In this document: positions 48,487 through 58,925 of the stretch, one piece after another
Layout of the letters: each line of letters starts with the position of its first letter
How positions within the stretch are numbered: position 1 is the first letter of the stretch
Source: an uncultured Acidobacteriota bacterium
GTDB lineage: Bacteria; Acidobacteriota; Thermoanaerobaculia; Gp7-AA8
Direction of reading: 5' to 3'
Assembly (NCBI GenBank): GCA_963741955.1
Contig: CAVUKB010000005.1
Span: 352,001-416,000 of the forward strand
DNA: 64,000 nt
Notes under the pieces: generated by a model
Told to the model about the DNA's origin: nothing
The model's input: only the letters and a program-made list of their open reading frames with translations
The model's database searches: none
Program-made: the position numbers and the translations under genes

Positions 48487-49230
48487 TCACTCGGCCATCA
48501 GCTCGTCAGGGATGTCGAAGTTCGTCCAGACGTTCTGCGTATCGTCGTGGTCGTCGAGCATCTCGATCAGCTTCATGGCCTGACGCCCCTTCGAGTCGTC
48601 GAGCTCGGTGTAGGTCGTGGGAATCTCGCCGATCTTCGCCTCCAGCGTCGGAATACCCGCCTTATCCACGGCTTCGCGAAGACTCTCGAAATTCGCCGGG
48701 TCGACGTAGATCTCGAACGCCTCCGGATCGTCGGTATTGAGGTCGTCCGCCCCCGCTTCGAGGGCGATCTCCATCAGCCGGTCCTCCGACGCCGCGCTCT
48801 TCTCGATTGCGATGTATCCCTTTCGCTCGAAAAGGTACTTCACCGATCCGGGCGTCCCCATGTTCCCGCCGTATTTCTCGAAGATGTGCCGGATCTCGGG
48901 GGTGGTGCGGTTGGTGTTGTCGGTGAACGCCTCGACCAGGATGGCCACGCCTCCGGGGCCGTACCCCTCGTACGTCACCTCTTCGTAGGTGCTCCCTTCG
49001 ATCTCTCCCGTTCCCCTCTTGATCGCCCGGTCGATGTTGTCTTTCGGCATGTTGCTGGCCTTGGCCTCGGCGACTGCCGCTCGAAGGCGGGGATTCGCTT
49101 CCGGATCACCGCCGCCGAGACGTGCGGCAACGGTCATTTCCTTGATGATCCGGGTGAAGACCTTACCGCGCTTGGCGTCGGCCGCACCCTTCTTGTGCTT
49201 GATCGTGCTCCATTTGCTGTGACCCGACAT
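48487..49230 (-). CDS. yebC: YebC/PmpR family protein
   Basis: [29 protein letters not shown]. Confidence 0.96.
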   Translation of the reverse strand: MSGHSKWSTIKHKKGAADAKRGKVFTRIIKEMTVAARLGGGDPEANPRLRAAVAEAKASNMPKDNIDRAIKRGTGEIEGSTYEEVTYEGYGPGGVAILVEAFTDNTNRTTPEIRHIFEKYGGNMGTPGSVKYLFERKGYIAIEKSAASEDRLMEIALEAGADDLNTDDPEAFEIYVDPANFESLREAVDKAGIPTLEAKIGEIPTTYTELDDSKGRQAMKLIEMLDDHDDTQNVWTNFDIPDELMAE

Positions 49231-49335
49231 ACAGAATCCGTTCTCCTTGAATCGCGTCCCGCTCGAAAGAGAGGACAAATCGGAAGGTCAACTATAAATT
49301 GAAGAATAGCACCGTTCTTTTCAGCGGAGGAACCC

Positions 49336-49557
49336 GTGATTCAGTCCGTCATCACGATTCCGCAGTTTCCCATCGCCATCGTTTTCGAGGATGGAGACTG
49401 CCAGATCTACGACAGCCCCGACGACCTCCAGAACCGGCTCGACTGTATCGACACCACGCTCGCCGACAACCGGATCTGGATCCGCGACAACATGGGACGA
49501 GCCGTCCTCCTCCGGATGATCGGCGGCGAAATCTATCATTTCGAAGCCGCCGAGTAA
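49336..49557 (+). CDS. 73-aa hypothetical protein
   Basis: GGAGG RBS and GTG start; GC3-biased codons. Confidence 0.6.
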   Translation: MIQSVITIPQFPIAIVFEDGDCQIYDSPDDLQNRLDCIDTTLADNRIWIRDNMGRAVLLRMIGGEIYHFEAAE

Positions 49558-49623
49558 AAGCCCCGGATCATGGACCGGACCTCGTGGATCTGACGCCACG
49601 ACCGTGCGTCTTCGGCGCCGGTC

Positions 49624-49875
49624 GGATCCTCGTTCATCTCAGATCATCGTCTCCGATCCCCGGTGCCTCTCAGATCCTCGTTCCTCGATCTCAGATCCTC
49701 GTTCCCCGGTGCCGCTCAGATCCTCGATCCTCGATCTCCGATCCCCGGTGCCTTTCAGATCCTCGATTCTCGATCCCCGATCCTCGATGCCTCTCAGATC
49801 CTCGATCCCCGATCCTCGATGCCTCTCAGATCCTCGATCCCAGATACTAGATCCTAGATGCCTCTCCGATGCCTT
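49624..49875. repeat. Degenerate (GATCCTC)n array punctuated by GRTGCCTCTCA
   Basis: Read directly from the sequence; ends approximate. Confidence 0.9.
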
Positions 49876-51210
49876 TCAGTTGCCTTTCATTCCTTTCCGC
49901 CCGCGGATCACCAGATGGACCGGTGTTCCGACGAGAGAGAGTGCATCTCGAAACTGATTTTCGAGAAACCGCCGGTAGGAGAAGTGGAGCGGGTCTTCCA
50001 TGTTGGAAAAGATGGCGATCGTCGGAGGTTGAGCCTTCAGCTGCGTCGCGTAGTAGAAGCGCCGCTGCCGGCCGCGCACCGCCGGGGGATGGTGCAGCGC
50101 CACCGCACGCTCCAGGATCTTGTTCAGGTCGGAGGTCCTGAACTTCGAGCGGTATGATTCGGCAATCTGGTCGATGGTCGGGAAGAGCTTCTCCACTCGC
50201 CGTCCGTACTTCGCAGAGATGAATTCCAGCGGAGCGTACGGGAGAAACTTCAGCTTCCGCCGCACCCGGTCTTCGTACTCCCGCGTCAGAGTCGGAGTCC
50301 GTTCGACCGCATCCCACTTGTTCACCAGGATCAGCGCGGCCTTTCCGGCCTCCTCGGCGTAGCCCGCCACCGTCGCATCCTGAGCCGCGATCTCCTCGGT
50401 TCCATCGACCACCAGCAGCGCGATGTCGCATCGCTGGATCGCCTTGCGCGCGGAGATCACCGAAAGCTTCTCCGCCTCATCGGTCGTCTTTCCTTTGCGA
50501 CGGATTCCGGCGGTGTCGATGATCAGATATTCGCGGCCGTCGCGTTCGATCAGTTCGTCGATCGCATCACGCGTCGTCCCCGAGATCTCCGAAACGACGG
50601 CGCGTTCTGCGTTGGTGAGGCGGTTGAGGAGGGAAGACTTCCCGACGTTCGGACGCCCGATGATCGCGAGCCGCAGAGGCTCGCTCTCGGCCGCTTCCGG
50701 TTCTTCTTCCACCGGAACGACTTCGCGAATCGCCTCGAGGAGATCCTCCGTGTTGATTCCATGCTCCGCGGAGACTGCGATCAGTCGCTCGAAACCGAGA
50801 CCGTAGAATTCCGACTGATTCTCCTGAGCCACTCGGGTGTCGATCTTGTTCACGACCACGATCACCCGTCGCGACCCGGAGCGAAGCTGCTCGGCAATGT
50901 CTTCGTCCTCGGGGAGAATGCCGGTCGTCCCGTCCACGACGAAGAGGATCAGGTCGCCGCTCTCGATCGCCTGCGCGGCCTGGATCCGGATCTCGTCGGC
51001 GAACGCGGACATCGGACTGTCGCCGTATTCGAGTCCGCCGGTATCGGTCAGCTCGAACCGCTCACCGGAATCGAGCTGCACCTCGTCGGAGAGCCGGTCG
51101 CGCGTCATTCCGGGAAGATTGTGGATCAGCGCACGCCGCCGCCCCGCAATTCGATTGAAGAGCGTGGACTTGCCGACATTCGGCCGGCCGACGATGACGA
51201 TTCTTTTCAT
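49876..51210 (-). CDS. der: Ribosome biogenesis GTPase Der (EngA)
   Basis: Two GRPNVGKS GTPase domains followed by a KH-like domain. Confidence 0.96.
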   Translation of the reverse strand: MKRIVIVGRPNVGKSTLFNRIAGRRRALIHNLPGMTRDRLSDEVQLDSGERFELTDTGGLEYGDSPMSAFADEIRIQAAQAIESGDLILFVVDGTTGILPEDEDIAEQLRSGSRRVIVVVNKIDTRVAQENQSEFYGLGFERLIAVSAEHGINTEDLLEAIREVVPVEEEPEAAESEPLRLAIIGRPNVGKSSLLNRLTNAERAVVSEISGTTRDAIDELIERDGREYLIIDTAGIRRKGKTTDEAEKLSVISARKAIQRCDIALLVVDGTEEIAAQDATVAGYAEEAGKAALILVNKWDAVERTPTLTREYEDRVRRKLKFLPYAPLEFISAKYGRRVEKLFPTIDQIAESYRSKFRTSDLNKILERAVALHHPPAVRGRQRRFYYATQLKAQPPTIAIFSNMEDPLHFSYRRFLENQFRDALSLVGTPVHLVIRGRKGMKGN

Positions 51211-51234
51211 CAGACACCGATTCCAATCGCAGAA

Positions 51235-52656
51235 CTACCGGAACGCCAGAACCAGCGCGATCGCGATCGCAGCGCCGATCGCGGTATTGAGGAAGTTGAG
51301 CGCGCCGTTGGGAACCGCGCGGCTGCGCTTCCGATTCCAGCTCCCGACCACGCTCTCGATCCACGATCCTGCGGCCGCGGAGATCACGACGACGCCGACG
51401 ACGCTCCAGAACGAGAGGCCGGCTGATTCCCCCGCCCGGGGTACGAACATCGCTCCCCTCCCGCCACCTCCCTCCACGAACCCGCCGAACGAGGCGGCGG
51501 CGACGGCGAAGACGGAGACGATCAGGGCGGCTGTCCATCCGGCAACGGTTCCTTCGAGAGAGATCGCCCCTTCCGTTCCCGGCGCCACCCGCCGGAAGCT
51601 CAGGGGAAGAAAGGCGTGCTCGCCGAGGAGCTGACCGATCTCCGAGCCGGCGGTGTCGGCGGCCGCGGTCGCGAGTGACGCGACCGCCGCGATCCAGAGG
51701 AGATGCGGATCGAAAGAGGACGTCGTCATCAGGAGAGCGAGGATGGCTGCGACGCCGACGTTCGCGAACGCATGCGCGAATCCGCGGCGTCCCCCCTTCT
51801 CCTGAGCCAGACCCTTCTGCCCTTTCCGCTGGTATCCGAGCTTCGTCGCTCCGCTGCCGATGACGAAGAAAACGAGGAGCGCGACGTAGAGCGCCCATCC
51901 GCCGAAGACGATGATGATCGTCCCGAGAAGCCACCCTCCGATCATTCCGGAGAGGTCGACGCTCCGGAGGATCCAGCCGGTGAGCGCGAGAAGCGTGTTC
52001 ACCCCGATCCAGAGGTAAAGGCCGCGGTCGAACGGCTGCATCGTGAGCGACTGGATGTGCGTGAGCCCCCACAGAACGAGAGCGCCGGTCAGCGGGACGG
52101 TGATGTTGTCGTTGACCTCGAGCGCGAGCGTCTCCACCAGAGCGCAGGCGAGGGTCGTCACCAGGATCACGATGGCCGGAGGAATGATGGAAGGCGGCGG
52201 ACCGAGGAAGAGGTATATCGCCAGAGCCGAAGGAAAACCGACCTCGAAGAAGCCCAGAATGCCTCCCAGAGACTTCTCCCGATTCCAGGGGAGACGGAAG
52301 ATCGGGAGATTGCGACCGATGAGAGTCGCGGCGCCGTCTCCGAACGCGAGGATCACCCAGATGGCACCTGCCATTGCCGGATGACGCGCAAAAACGAGGA
52401 TCAGAGCGAGGACGGCGAGGGGGTAATAGAGAATGCCGGGATCATGGCCCCGCTCGTGGCGCGCGATTCGATCTCCGAGGAGCCGCGGGAGGAGCAGCCA
52501 GTTGAAGAAGAAGGCTGCGAGAGCGGCGGCCGCCGCTTCCCACACATTCAGCCACGCGAGCGTGACGGCGAAGAATCCGACGCCGATGTGGATCAGCTTC
52601 CGAAGCGATTCCGACCGGGAATGAGGGGGGCTCGAAATCTCGCTGGTGCTCTCCAT
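51235..52656 (-). CDS. Fusion of a phytol/dolichol kinase-like domain and DUF92
   Basis: [26 protein letters not shown], then [35 protein letters not shown]. Confidence 0.8.
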   Translation of the reverse strand: MESTSEISSPPHSRSESLRKLIHIGVGFFAVTLAWLNVWEAAAAALAAFFFNWLLLPRLLGDRIARHERGHDPGILYYPLAVLALILVFARHPAMAGAIWVILAFGDGAATLIGRNLPIFRLPWNREKSLGGILGFFEVGFPSALAIYLFLGPPPSIIPPAIVILVTTLACALVETLALEVNDNITVPLTGALVLWGLTHIQSLTMQPFDRGLYLWIGVNTLLALTGWILRSVDLSGMIGGWLLGTIIIVFGGWALYVALLVFFVIGSGATKLGYQRKGQKGLAQEKGGRRGFAHAFANVGVAAILALLMTTSSFDPHLLWIAAVASLATAAADTAGSEIGQLLGEHAFLPLSFRRVAPGTEGAISLEGTVAGWTAALIVSVFAVAAASFGGFVEGGGGRGAMFVPRAGESAGLSFWSVVGVVVISAAAGSWIESVVGSWNRKRSRAVPNGALNFLNTAIGAAIAIALVLAFR

Positions 52657-52747
52657 GTTCCGTCTTGCGTTTTCCTTTGTGGGACCGGGACTGATTTTCA
52701 CTAGAGTACAATACTGCCCGTCCCGTGACTCACTCACTTCTGATTCC

Positions 52748-54220
52748 ATGAGCCAGCCCATGAGCGAGACCCGACCTGAACCTCTGCTCAGTGTCGTCAT
52801 TCCCTGTTACAACGAACGGGCGACCGTGCGTGAGCTTCTGCGTCGCGTACGCGCAGTTCCGATCCAGAAAGAGATCATCGTCGTCGACGACTGCTCGACC
52901 GACGGATCGCGCGACATCGTCGCCCGGATCGCCCTCGAGGCGCCGGAGATTCGCCACATCATCCAACCGGTGAACATGGGTAAGGGCGCAGCGCTCCGCA
53001 GGGGAATCGAGGAAGCCCGTGGCGAGATCGTGGTCATCCAGGATGCGGACCTGGAGTACGAGCCCGAAGAGTACCCACGACTGATCCAGCCGATTCTCGA
53101 CGGTGTGGCGGACGTGGTCTATGGGTCGCGCTTCGAAGGCTACCCGCGGCGGGTGATGATGTACTGGCACACGGTGGGGAACAAGTTTCTGACCTTCCTC
53201 TCGAACGCCACCACGAACCTCAACCTGACCGACATGGAGACCTGCTACAAGGTCTTCCGGCGGGAGATCATTCAGTCGATCCCACTCCGCTCGAACCGCT
53301 TCGGGTTCGAACCGGAGATCACCGCGAAGGTTTCGCGCCGGGGATACCGGGTGTACGAAGTCCCGATCTCCTATCACGGGCGCGACTACTGGGAAGGAAA
53401 GAAGATCAACTGGAAGGACGGGGTCTCCGCGATCTGGACGATTCTCAAGTACGGCCTCTTCTCGTCCGACGGCCACGAAGACCGCGCGTACTCCACATTG
53501 CGGCGGATGTCGCTCCTCAGCCGATACAACCGCTGGATCTGGGACAGCATCCGCCCGTACATCGGTGAGCGCGTCCTCGAAGTCGGCGCGGGAACCGGAA
53601 ACATGACCCGCTTCCTCTACGGGAAGGAGATCGTGGTCGCGACCGACGCAGACGAGACGTATCTGTGGCTGCTCCGGAATCAGTTCCGCCGCCATCCCGG
53701 AGTGATCGTCGAGAAGCTCGTGCTCGGGGACGACCTGTCGGGATTTGCCCACTACCACTTCGACACGGTGGTCTGCCTGAACGTTCTCGAGCACGTCGAG
53801 AACGATGTCGAAGCTCTCCTTCGTCTGCGGGAGATCCTTCCGCCGGGCGGGCGGCTCGTCCTCTACGTTCCCGCGGGCCCGCAGATCTTCGGGAAGCTCG
53901 ACGAGGCGGTCGGACATCACCGGCGTTACACCCGCGAGGAGTTGACGTCGAAAATCGAAGACGCAGGCTTCGAGGTCGAGAAGACGGTGTTCCGTAACCG
54001 GATCGGACGTATCGGCTGGTGGCTCAACGGACGAATACTCGGACGCGCCGAAGTTCCTTCCGTGCAGTCGAGGATCTTCGACCGGCTGGTCCCGCTTTTC
54101 CGCGCGATGGAAGGAGACGACCCGCCGGACGGACTCGGGCTGATCGCGGTCTGCCGGAATCCCGAGCCGAAGCCGGAGAGCGCGTCCCCTGCCGGCCGGC
54201 TGGCGGGGACGTCCGCATGA
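52748..54220 (+). CDS. GT2 (DPM1-like) glycosyltransferase fused to a class I SAM methyltransferase
   Basis: [29 protein letters not shown]; [15 protein letters not shown]. Confidence 0.9.
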   Translation: MSQPMSETRPEPLLSVVIPCYNERATVRELLRRVRAVPIQKEIIVVDDCSTDGSRDIVARIALEAPEIRHIIQPVNMGKGAALRRGIEEARGEIVVIQDADLEYEPEEYPRLIQPILDGVADVVYGSRFEGYPRRVMMYWHTVGNKFLTFLSNATTNLNLTDMETCYKVFRREIIQSIPLRSNRFGFEPEITAKVSRRGYRVYEVPISYHGRDYWEGKKINWKDGVSAIWTILKYGLFSSDGHEDRAYSTLRRMSLLSRYNRWIWDSIRPYIGERVLEVGAGTGNMTRFLYGKEIVVATDADETYLWLLRNQFRRHPGVIVEKLVLGDDLSGFAHYHFDTVVCLNVLEHVENDVEALLRLREILPPGGRLVLYVPAGPQIFGKLDEAVGHHRRYTREELTSKIEDAGFEVEKTVFRNRIGRIGWWLNGRILGRAEVPSVQSRIFDRLVPLFRAMEGDDPPDGLGLIAVCRNPEPKPESASPAGRLAGTSA

Positions 54221-55260
54221 CGCGGAGCGGGACGACAGTTCTGATTCTCGCCGGTGGCGCCGGCACCCGGCTGTGGCCTCTGAGCACGGACGAACGCCCC
54301 AAGCAGTTTCTCCGGATCTTCGCAGGGCGATCGCTCCTCGAGCTGACCTGGTCGCGACTCGCCCCGCTCGCCGCATCACCGTCGCATCTGTTCGTCGCGA
54401 CGAACGAACGATACCGTCCGCTGGTGCGCGAGCAGATCCCCGAGCTGCCGGAGGAGAACATCCTGGTCGAGCCGGCCCGGCGCAACACCGCTCCGGCCAT
54501 CGCGGCATGCTGCCGGGTGATCGCGCGCCGCCACCCCGACGCGGTGGTGGCGATCTTCCCTTCCGACCACGCGATCGAGGATCGTGACGCGGACGACGGA
54601 TCGTTCGCAGCCGTCGCGTCGACGGCGATCGATTTCGCGGCGTCGCACGACGCGCTGGTCACCATCGGAATCCGTCCCACCGAGCCGAACACCGGCTTCG
54701 GGTACCTCGAGCTCGGAGAGGAGCTCGCGACCGGCGTCGTCGGTGTCCGCCGCTTCGTGGAGAAACCGGATCTCGTGACTGCGCAGCAGTACGTCGACTC
54801 GCAACGCTTTCTCTGGAACGGCGGGATGTTCGTCTGGCGTCTTTCCTCCTTCTTCGAGATTCTCGAAAAGGTCGCTCCGGAGATCGCACGCGGGAGTCTC
54901 CGCTTCGTGGAAGCGGATGATGAGCAGCGGCGATCTCTGTACGAGGCGATGCCGTCGATCTCGATCGACTATGCGGTGATGGAGAAGGCAGCAGGCGTCG
55001 CCACGGTGTCGGCGCGGTTCGAATGGTCGGACGTCGGCAGCTGGAAGGCGGTGGCGAGGTTCGCCGGGGCCTCGATTCCAGACAACGTATTCGTCGAAGA
55101 CTCCTCCCGCCTCTTCGTCCGCTCCGATCGCACCCGCCCCGTCGGGGTCGTCGGTCTCGACAACGTCGCGGTGATCGAGACCGAGGAAGGACTCCTGGTG
55201 CTGAACCTCGAGAAGTCCGAGTTGCTCAGCGCTCTCGTGAAGCGGATGGGAGGCATCTAG
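54217..55260 (+). CDS. manC: Mannose-1-phosphate guanylyltransferase
   Basis: [48 protein letters not shown]. Confidence 0.93.
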   Translation: MTRSGTTVLILAGGAGTRLWPLSTDERPKQFLRIFAGRSLLELTWSRLAPLAASPSHLFVATNERYRPLVREQIPELPEENILVEPARRNTAPAIAACCRVIARRHPDAVVAIFPSDHAIEDRDADDGSFAAVASTAIDFAASHDALVTIGIRPTEPNTGFGYLELGEELATGVVGVRRFVEKPDLVTAQQYVDSQRFLWNGGMFVWRLSSFFEILEKVAPEIARGSLRFVEADDEQRRSLYEAMPSISIDYAVMEKAAGVATVSARFEWSDVGSWKAVARFAGASIPDNVFVEDSSRLFVRSDRTRPVGVVGLDNVAVIETEEGLLVLNLEKSELLSALVKRMGGI

Positions 55261-55383
55261 GATCGAGGATCGAGGATCGAGGATCGAGGATCGAGGATCG
55301 AGGATCGAGGATCGAGGATCGAGGATCGAGGCATCGAGGATCGAGGCATCGAGGCATCGAGGCATCGAGGATCGAAGATCGAG
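55261..55383. repeat. (GATCGAG)x10 perfect, then 7 mixed GCATCGAG/GATCGAG units
   Basis: Read directly; begins immediately after the manC stop. Confidence 0.97.
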
Positions 55384-55446
55384 GCCAAACCCGTCGGACC
55401 TGTCGGCCCTGTCCGACAAGTCTGACGCCGAGCTTCGACGGCAGTC

Positions 55447-56280
55447 CTACCCGAAGAGCGCCGCTGCGTTCTCCCACAGGATCTTCTGCTCCATCGCTTC
55501 GCCGAGCCCGAGCGACCGGAGCTCGTCCACGTTCGCCGACATCGAGGTCACGCCGGGCGATGGCCAGTCGGTGCCCCACAGGACCTTCTCCGCGACGTCG
55601 CCGATCCTCGGGAGATACCGAAGGAGCGCCCGAGGAGGGATACCGGAGACGTCGATCCTGACGTTGGGATGCCTCCGGGTGAGGAAGAACGCTGTCTCCC
55701 CGTAGAGAGGGCGCCCCGCGTGGGCGAGGATGATCGGCAACCGCGGGAAATCGACTGCGACGTCGTCCACCGGCATCGGGTCGGCGTAGACGTTGCGCGC
55801 TCCCGGAAAGACCGACGTCCCGGTGTGGAACATCACCGGAACCGAGCGTGCCTCGCACTCGCGATAGATCTCCGCGAGCGCTGGAAGCTCGTCACGGTAC
55901 GCGTTCGCCGCATACAGCTGGTGCGGCGGGTGGATCTTAATCATCCGCATCCCGCCGTCCAGGATCCGCCGGACTTCACCTCCGACGTCGGGCTGCAGGC
56001 GCGCGTGGACCGAGCCGACGGGGAGGAGCCGGTCGCGATGGCCGCGCGTGAAGTCGAGAATCCAGTCGTTCACTTCGGGGGTGAATCCCGTCACTTCCGG
56101 CGAGACGTAGTTGATGCAGCAGATCCGCTCGATTCCGTTCGCGTCGAGGTGCCGGAGCATCGCGTCCGCGCTGGAGAGTGCCTCTTTCGCGTCGGCGTGT
56201 CCCGGATCGTCGATCATCGCGAGCACTTCCGGCCGCACCATCTGCCACGGCTGAACGTGAACGTGGACGTCGAAGATCAT
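55447..56280 (-). CDS. Amidohydrolase family protein
   Basis: DVHVH, KIHP, FHTG, AHAG, WGTDWP. Confidence 0.9.
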   Translation of the reverse strand: MIFDVHVHVQPWQMVRPEVLAMIDDPGHADAKEALSSADAMLRHLDANGIERICCINYVSPEVTGFTPEVNDWILDFTRGHRDRLLPVGSVHARLQPDVGGEVRRILDGGMRMIKIHPPHQLYAANAYRDELPALAEIYRECEARSVPVMFHTGTSVFPGARNVYADPMPVDDVAVDFPRLPIILAHAGRPLYGETAFFLTRRHPNVRIDVSGIPPRALLRYLPRIGDVAEKVLWGTDWPSPGVTSMSANVDELRSLGLGEAMEQKILWENAAALFG

Positions 56281-56293
56281 CGCGGAAAGACGC

Positions 56294-56743
56294 TCAGCTC
56301 ATCACCAGGCGCATGCAGGTGGCACTCTCCGGGCAGGCGCCCTGCAGCTGTGACGACGAGAGGAGCTGCGGATGGATCTGATCGCGGTCGATCACCTTGA
56401 ACCCGCGCTTCCGGAAGAACTCTTCGGCCCCTTCGGTGAGGAGATAGAACTCGCGCAGCCCGCGCGAGGAGAGCCGGTCGAGAAGCTCCCGCACGATCCT
56501 TCGCCCGAGTCCCATCCCGCGGTACTCGGGATCGACCGCGATCGACCGCAGGAGTGCGGCGAACTGGTAGGCTTCGGCTCCTCCGCACGCCACGGCCACC
56601 GCTCCGTCGCGCGCGATGACGAAGTTCCTAAGATGCGCCTCCACGTCGGAGGTCATCAGCTGGTTCCGCTCGAGGAGGGAGAGGACCTCCGGGAGGTCGT
56701 CGGGTAAGGCCGGAGTGATCCGGAGATCGGCAAGAGTCTTCAT
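56294..56743 (-). CDS. GNAT N-acetyltransferase, ArsN2-like
   Basis: LLRSIAV, RGMGLG, YLLT, C-terminal CPESATCM. Confidence 0.8.
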   Translation of the reverse strand: MKTLADLRITPALPDDLPEVLSLLERNQLMTSDVEAHLRNFVIARDGAVAVACGGAEAYQFAALLRSIAVDPEYRGMGLGRRIVRELLDRLSSRGLREFYLLTEGAEEFFRKRGFKVIDRDQIHPQLLSSSQLQGACPESATCMRLVMS

Positions 56744-56896
56744 CTCCCCCCTCTGCTGAATCGGAATTCGTACGACGGATGAAGATATGTGATGAGGCCG
56801 TATCGCGCAAGCGATCGGAAGGAACGGAGAGAAGAGCGACCCCGGATCCGCTCGCGGCTCGCTTTGCGGAGCGCTTCGCGCGGGCCGCTCGATCCG

Positions 56897-57625
56897 TCAG
56901 CGCAGTTCGAACGTCACGTCGACATGGAACTCCATCTCCAGGGTTCCCTCCTCCACCGGTACGCTCGAAGCTGCAACTCGCGACTCCATCGCCATGGCCA
57001 TGGGTCGGGGAGGTGGCGGAGTCATTCCTTCTTCGGAGATCACGATCGCGCGTCCCAACGTCCTGCCGGCCGCTTCGGCGAGCGCCTGCGCGCTGCTCTT
57101 CGCATTCTCGTACGCCTGGCGCAGCCCCGTTCTTCGGGCAGCTTCGGGGTCGGCGATGCTCATGTTGAGCCCGGAGGCATTGTTTGCTCCCGCATCGACG
57201 GCGGCCTGGAGCAGCTTCCCTGCGGTCGTGGCTTTCGACGTCGTCACCACCACCGAGTTGTTCACCTGGTAGCCGGTGAGTCGCGGCGCCTCTCCCTGCT
57301 GGTAGACCTGCTGCGGATAGACCGAAAAATTGGTGGTGCGAATCTGATCCGGAGTCGCCCCCGCCTTCTTCAGTGCGTCGACCACTCCGGAAACGCGGGT
57401 GTTGTTCTGACGGACCGCGTCATCGACCGTCGGAGCCGTCGTCTGCACCCCGATGGTGAACGTCACCCGGTCGGGAGTGAGCGAGAGCCTCGCGTTTCCA
57501 CGTACCGTGACGGTGTCCGCGAGAGTTCCCGCAGGTGCCATCTCCGCGGCGAGCAGACGCGCCGCAGGAAGAAGAAAAAGGAGCATCACAGCTCCGGTGA
57601 TCTGAACCACAAAACGCTGTCGCAT
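56897..57625 (-). CDS. SIMPL (DUF541) domain exported protein
   Basis: Signal peptide; TVRGNA...PD, GYQVNN, AGAN, LAEAAG. Confidence 0.9.
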   Translation of the reverse strand: MRQRFVVQITGAVMLLFLLPAARLLAAEMAPAGTLADTVTVRGNARLSLTPDRVTFTIGVQTTAPTVDDAVRQNNTRVSGVVDALKKAGATPDQIRTTNFSVYPQQVYQQGEAPRLTGYQVNNSVVVTTSKATTAGKLLQAAVDAGANNASGLNMSIADPEAARRTGLRQAYENAKSSAQALAEAAGRTLGRAIVISEEGMTPPPPRPMAMAMESRVAASSVPVEEGTLEMEFHVDVTFELR

Positions 57626-57850
57626 AACACCTCCTCGAGTGAGCTGCATCACTTACGGATTCCCGGTGCAAGCTACCATGTCTTCGAACGTGAGGCCCGG
57701 CGTTCGAGGCCCTGGGCGGCTGATCCGAGAGCGAATATACGGGCGACGAGTCTGGTTGCGGTGGTCGGGACCGGAAGGCAAGTCCGATCTCAATAGCGGC
57801 CATCGCCGGCAACCGGTCATGCGGCGGCCGGAATCCAGGAGAGGGAAGAA

Positions 57851-58084
57851 ATGGCAGATCCGAATGACAAAGTTCCCGGGCAGGATCCAGGTGCGTACTA
57901 CGTCGACAGTCAGTGCATCGACTGCGACCTTTGCCGGGAGACTGCGCCCGACAACTTCACCCGCAACGACGAGGAAGGCTTCACGTACGTGTGCAAACAG
58001 CCCGCGGGCGCGGATGAAGAAAACCTGGTGAAGGACGCCATGGCGAACTGCCCCGTCGAGGCGATCGGCGCCGACGGCGTTTAG
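57851..58084 (+). CDS. Ferredoxin
   Basis: CIDCDLC...CPVEAIG; RBS upstream. Confidence 0.92.
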   Translation: MADPNDKVPGQDPGAYYVDSQCIDCDLCRETAPDNFTRNDEEGFTYVCKQPAGADEENLVKDAMANCPVEAIGADGV

Positions 58085-58091
58085 TCTCTTC

Positions 58092-58125
58092 CGGAGGGGC
58101 CGGCGCCGTCCGGCGCCCCCCTCCG
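58092..58125. terminator. Hairpin between convergent genes
   Basis: CGGAGGGG...CCCCTCCG with an inner GGCGCC pair. Confidence 0.5.
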
Positions 58126-58545
58126 TCAATGCATGATGCTGTCGGAGCTGACTTCCTCCGCCCAGTTGTCCGCCAGCAGCACCTCGATCAACTCCTGCAG
58201 CTCCTCCATGTGAAACGGCTTGGTCAGGGCAGCGGTCAGGTTGTTGCCTTTCGTGATGGTGAGGATGTCGCCCTTTCCGGACGCGACGATGACCGGCACC
58301 CGCCGTCCCTGCTGGAGATACCAGCTGATCCATTCCTCCCCCGTCATTCCGGGCATGTTGAGATCGAGCAGAATCAACCGCGTATCGGGATTCCGCCGGA
58401 ACATGCTCATCCCTTCTTCGGCACCCTTCGCGGAGAGGACATCGTAACCTTTCCGCTGCAGGAACGAGACGTACAACTGCAGTACGTCCGGATCATCTTC
58501 GATCGCGAGAATCTTTTGTCCGTTCGTAGTATCAGCAGATTGCAT
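58126..58545 (-). CDS. Single-domain response regulator (CheY-like)
   Basis: IEDD, LLDLNMP, SG, KPF. Confidence 0.9.
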   Translation of the reverse strand: MQSADTTNGQKILAIEDDPDVLQLYVSFLQRKGYDVLSAKGAEEGMSMFRRNPDTRLILLDLNMPGMTGEEWISWYLQQGRRVPVIVASGKGDILTITKGNNLTAALTKPFHMEELQELIEVLLADNWAEEVSSDSIMH

Positions 58546-58667
58546 GACGAAACGACAATTTGCGAACTGCATACCACTCCTCCGCGGAGCGCATGTCGTT
58601 TATACAAAGAACTTTTCGACCCCCACCTTCATCTCCGGTTCGGCTACCGGTGGGATAATGAGCTCCC

Positions 58668-58925
58668 ATGGGAATCGCGACCTGGTGCATCGCCGGACTC
58701 CTCGCCTTCGCCATCGCGCGTGCCATTCCGTTGCAGCGCCGCCGGAACCGCGCCTCTGAGCTCTTCGCCGCCCTCGTGATGGCTCTTCTGGGCGGCGTCG
58801 CCGCCACGGTCATGGACTTCGGCGGATGGCGCGTCATCGACGTGCGTGCGGTCATCTTCGCTCTCGCCTGGTCTCTCGCGGCCATCGCCATCCTCCGGAT
58901 CGTCAACGCTACAATGGCGCGGTGA
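58668..58925 (+). CDS. Small membrane protein (GlsB/YeaQ/YmgE-like)
   Basis: Three hydrophobic helices; stop overlaps the helicase GTG. Confidence 0.6.
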   Translation: MGIATWCIAGLLAFAIARAIPLQRRRNRASELFAALVMALLGGVAATVMDFGGWRVIDVRAVIFALAWSLAAIAILRIVNATMAR

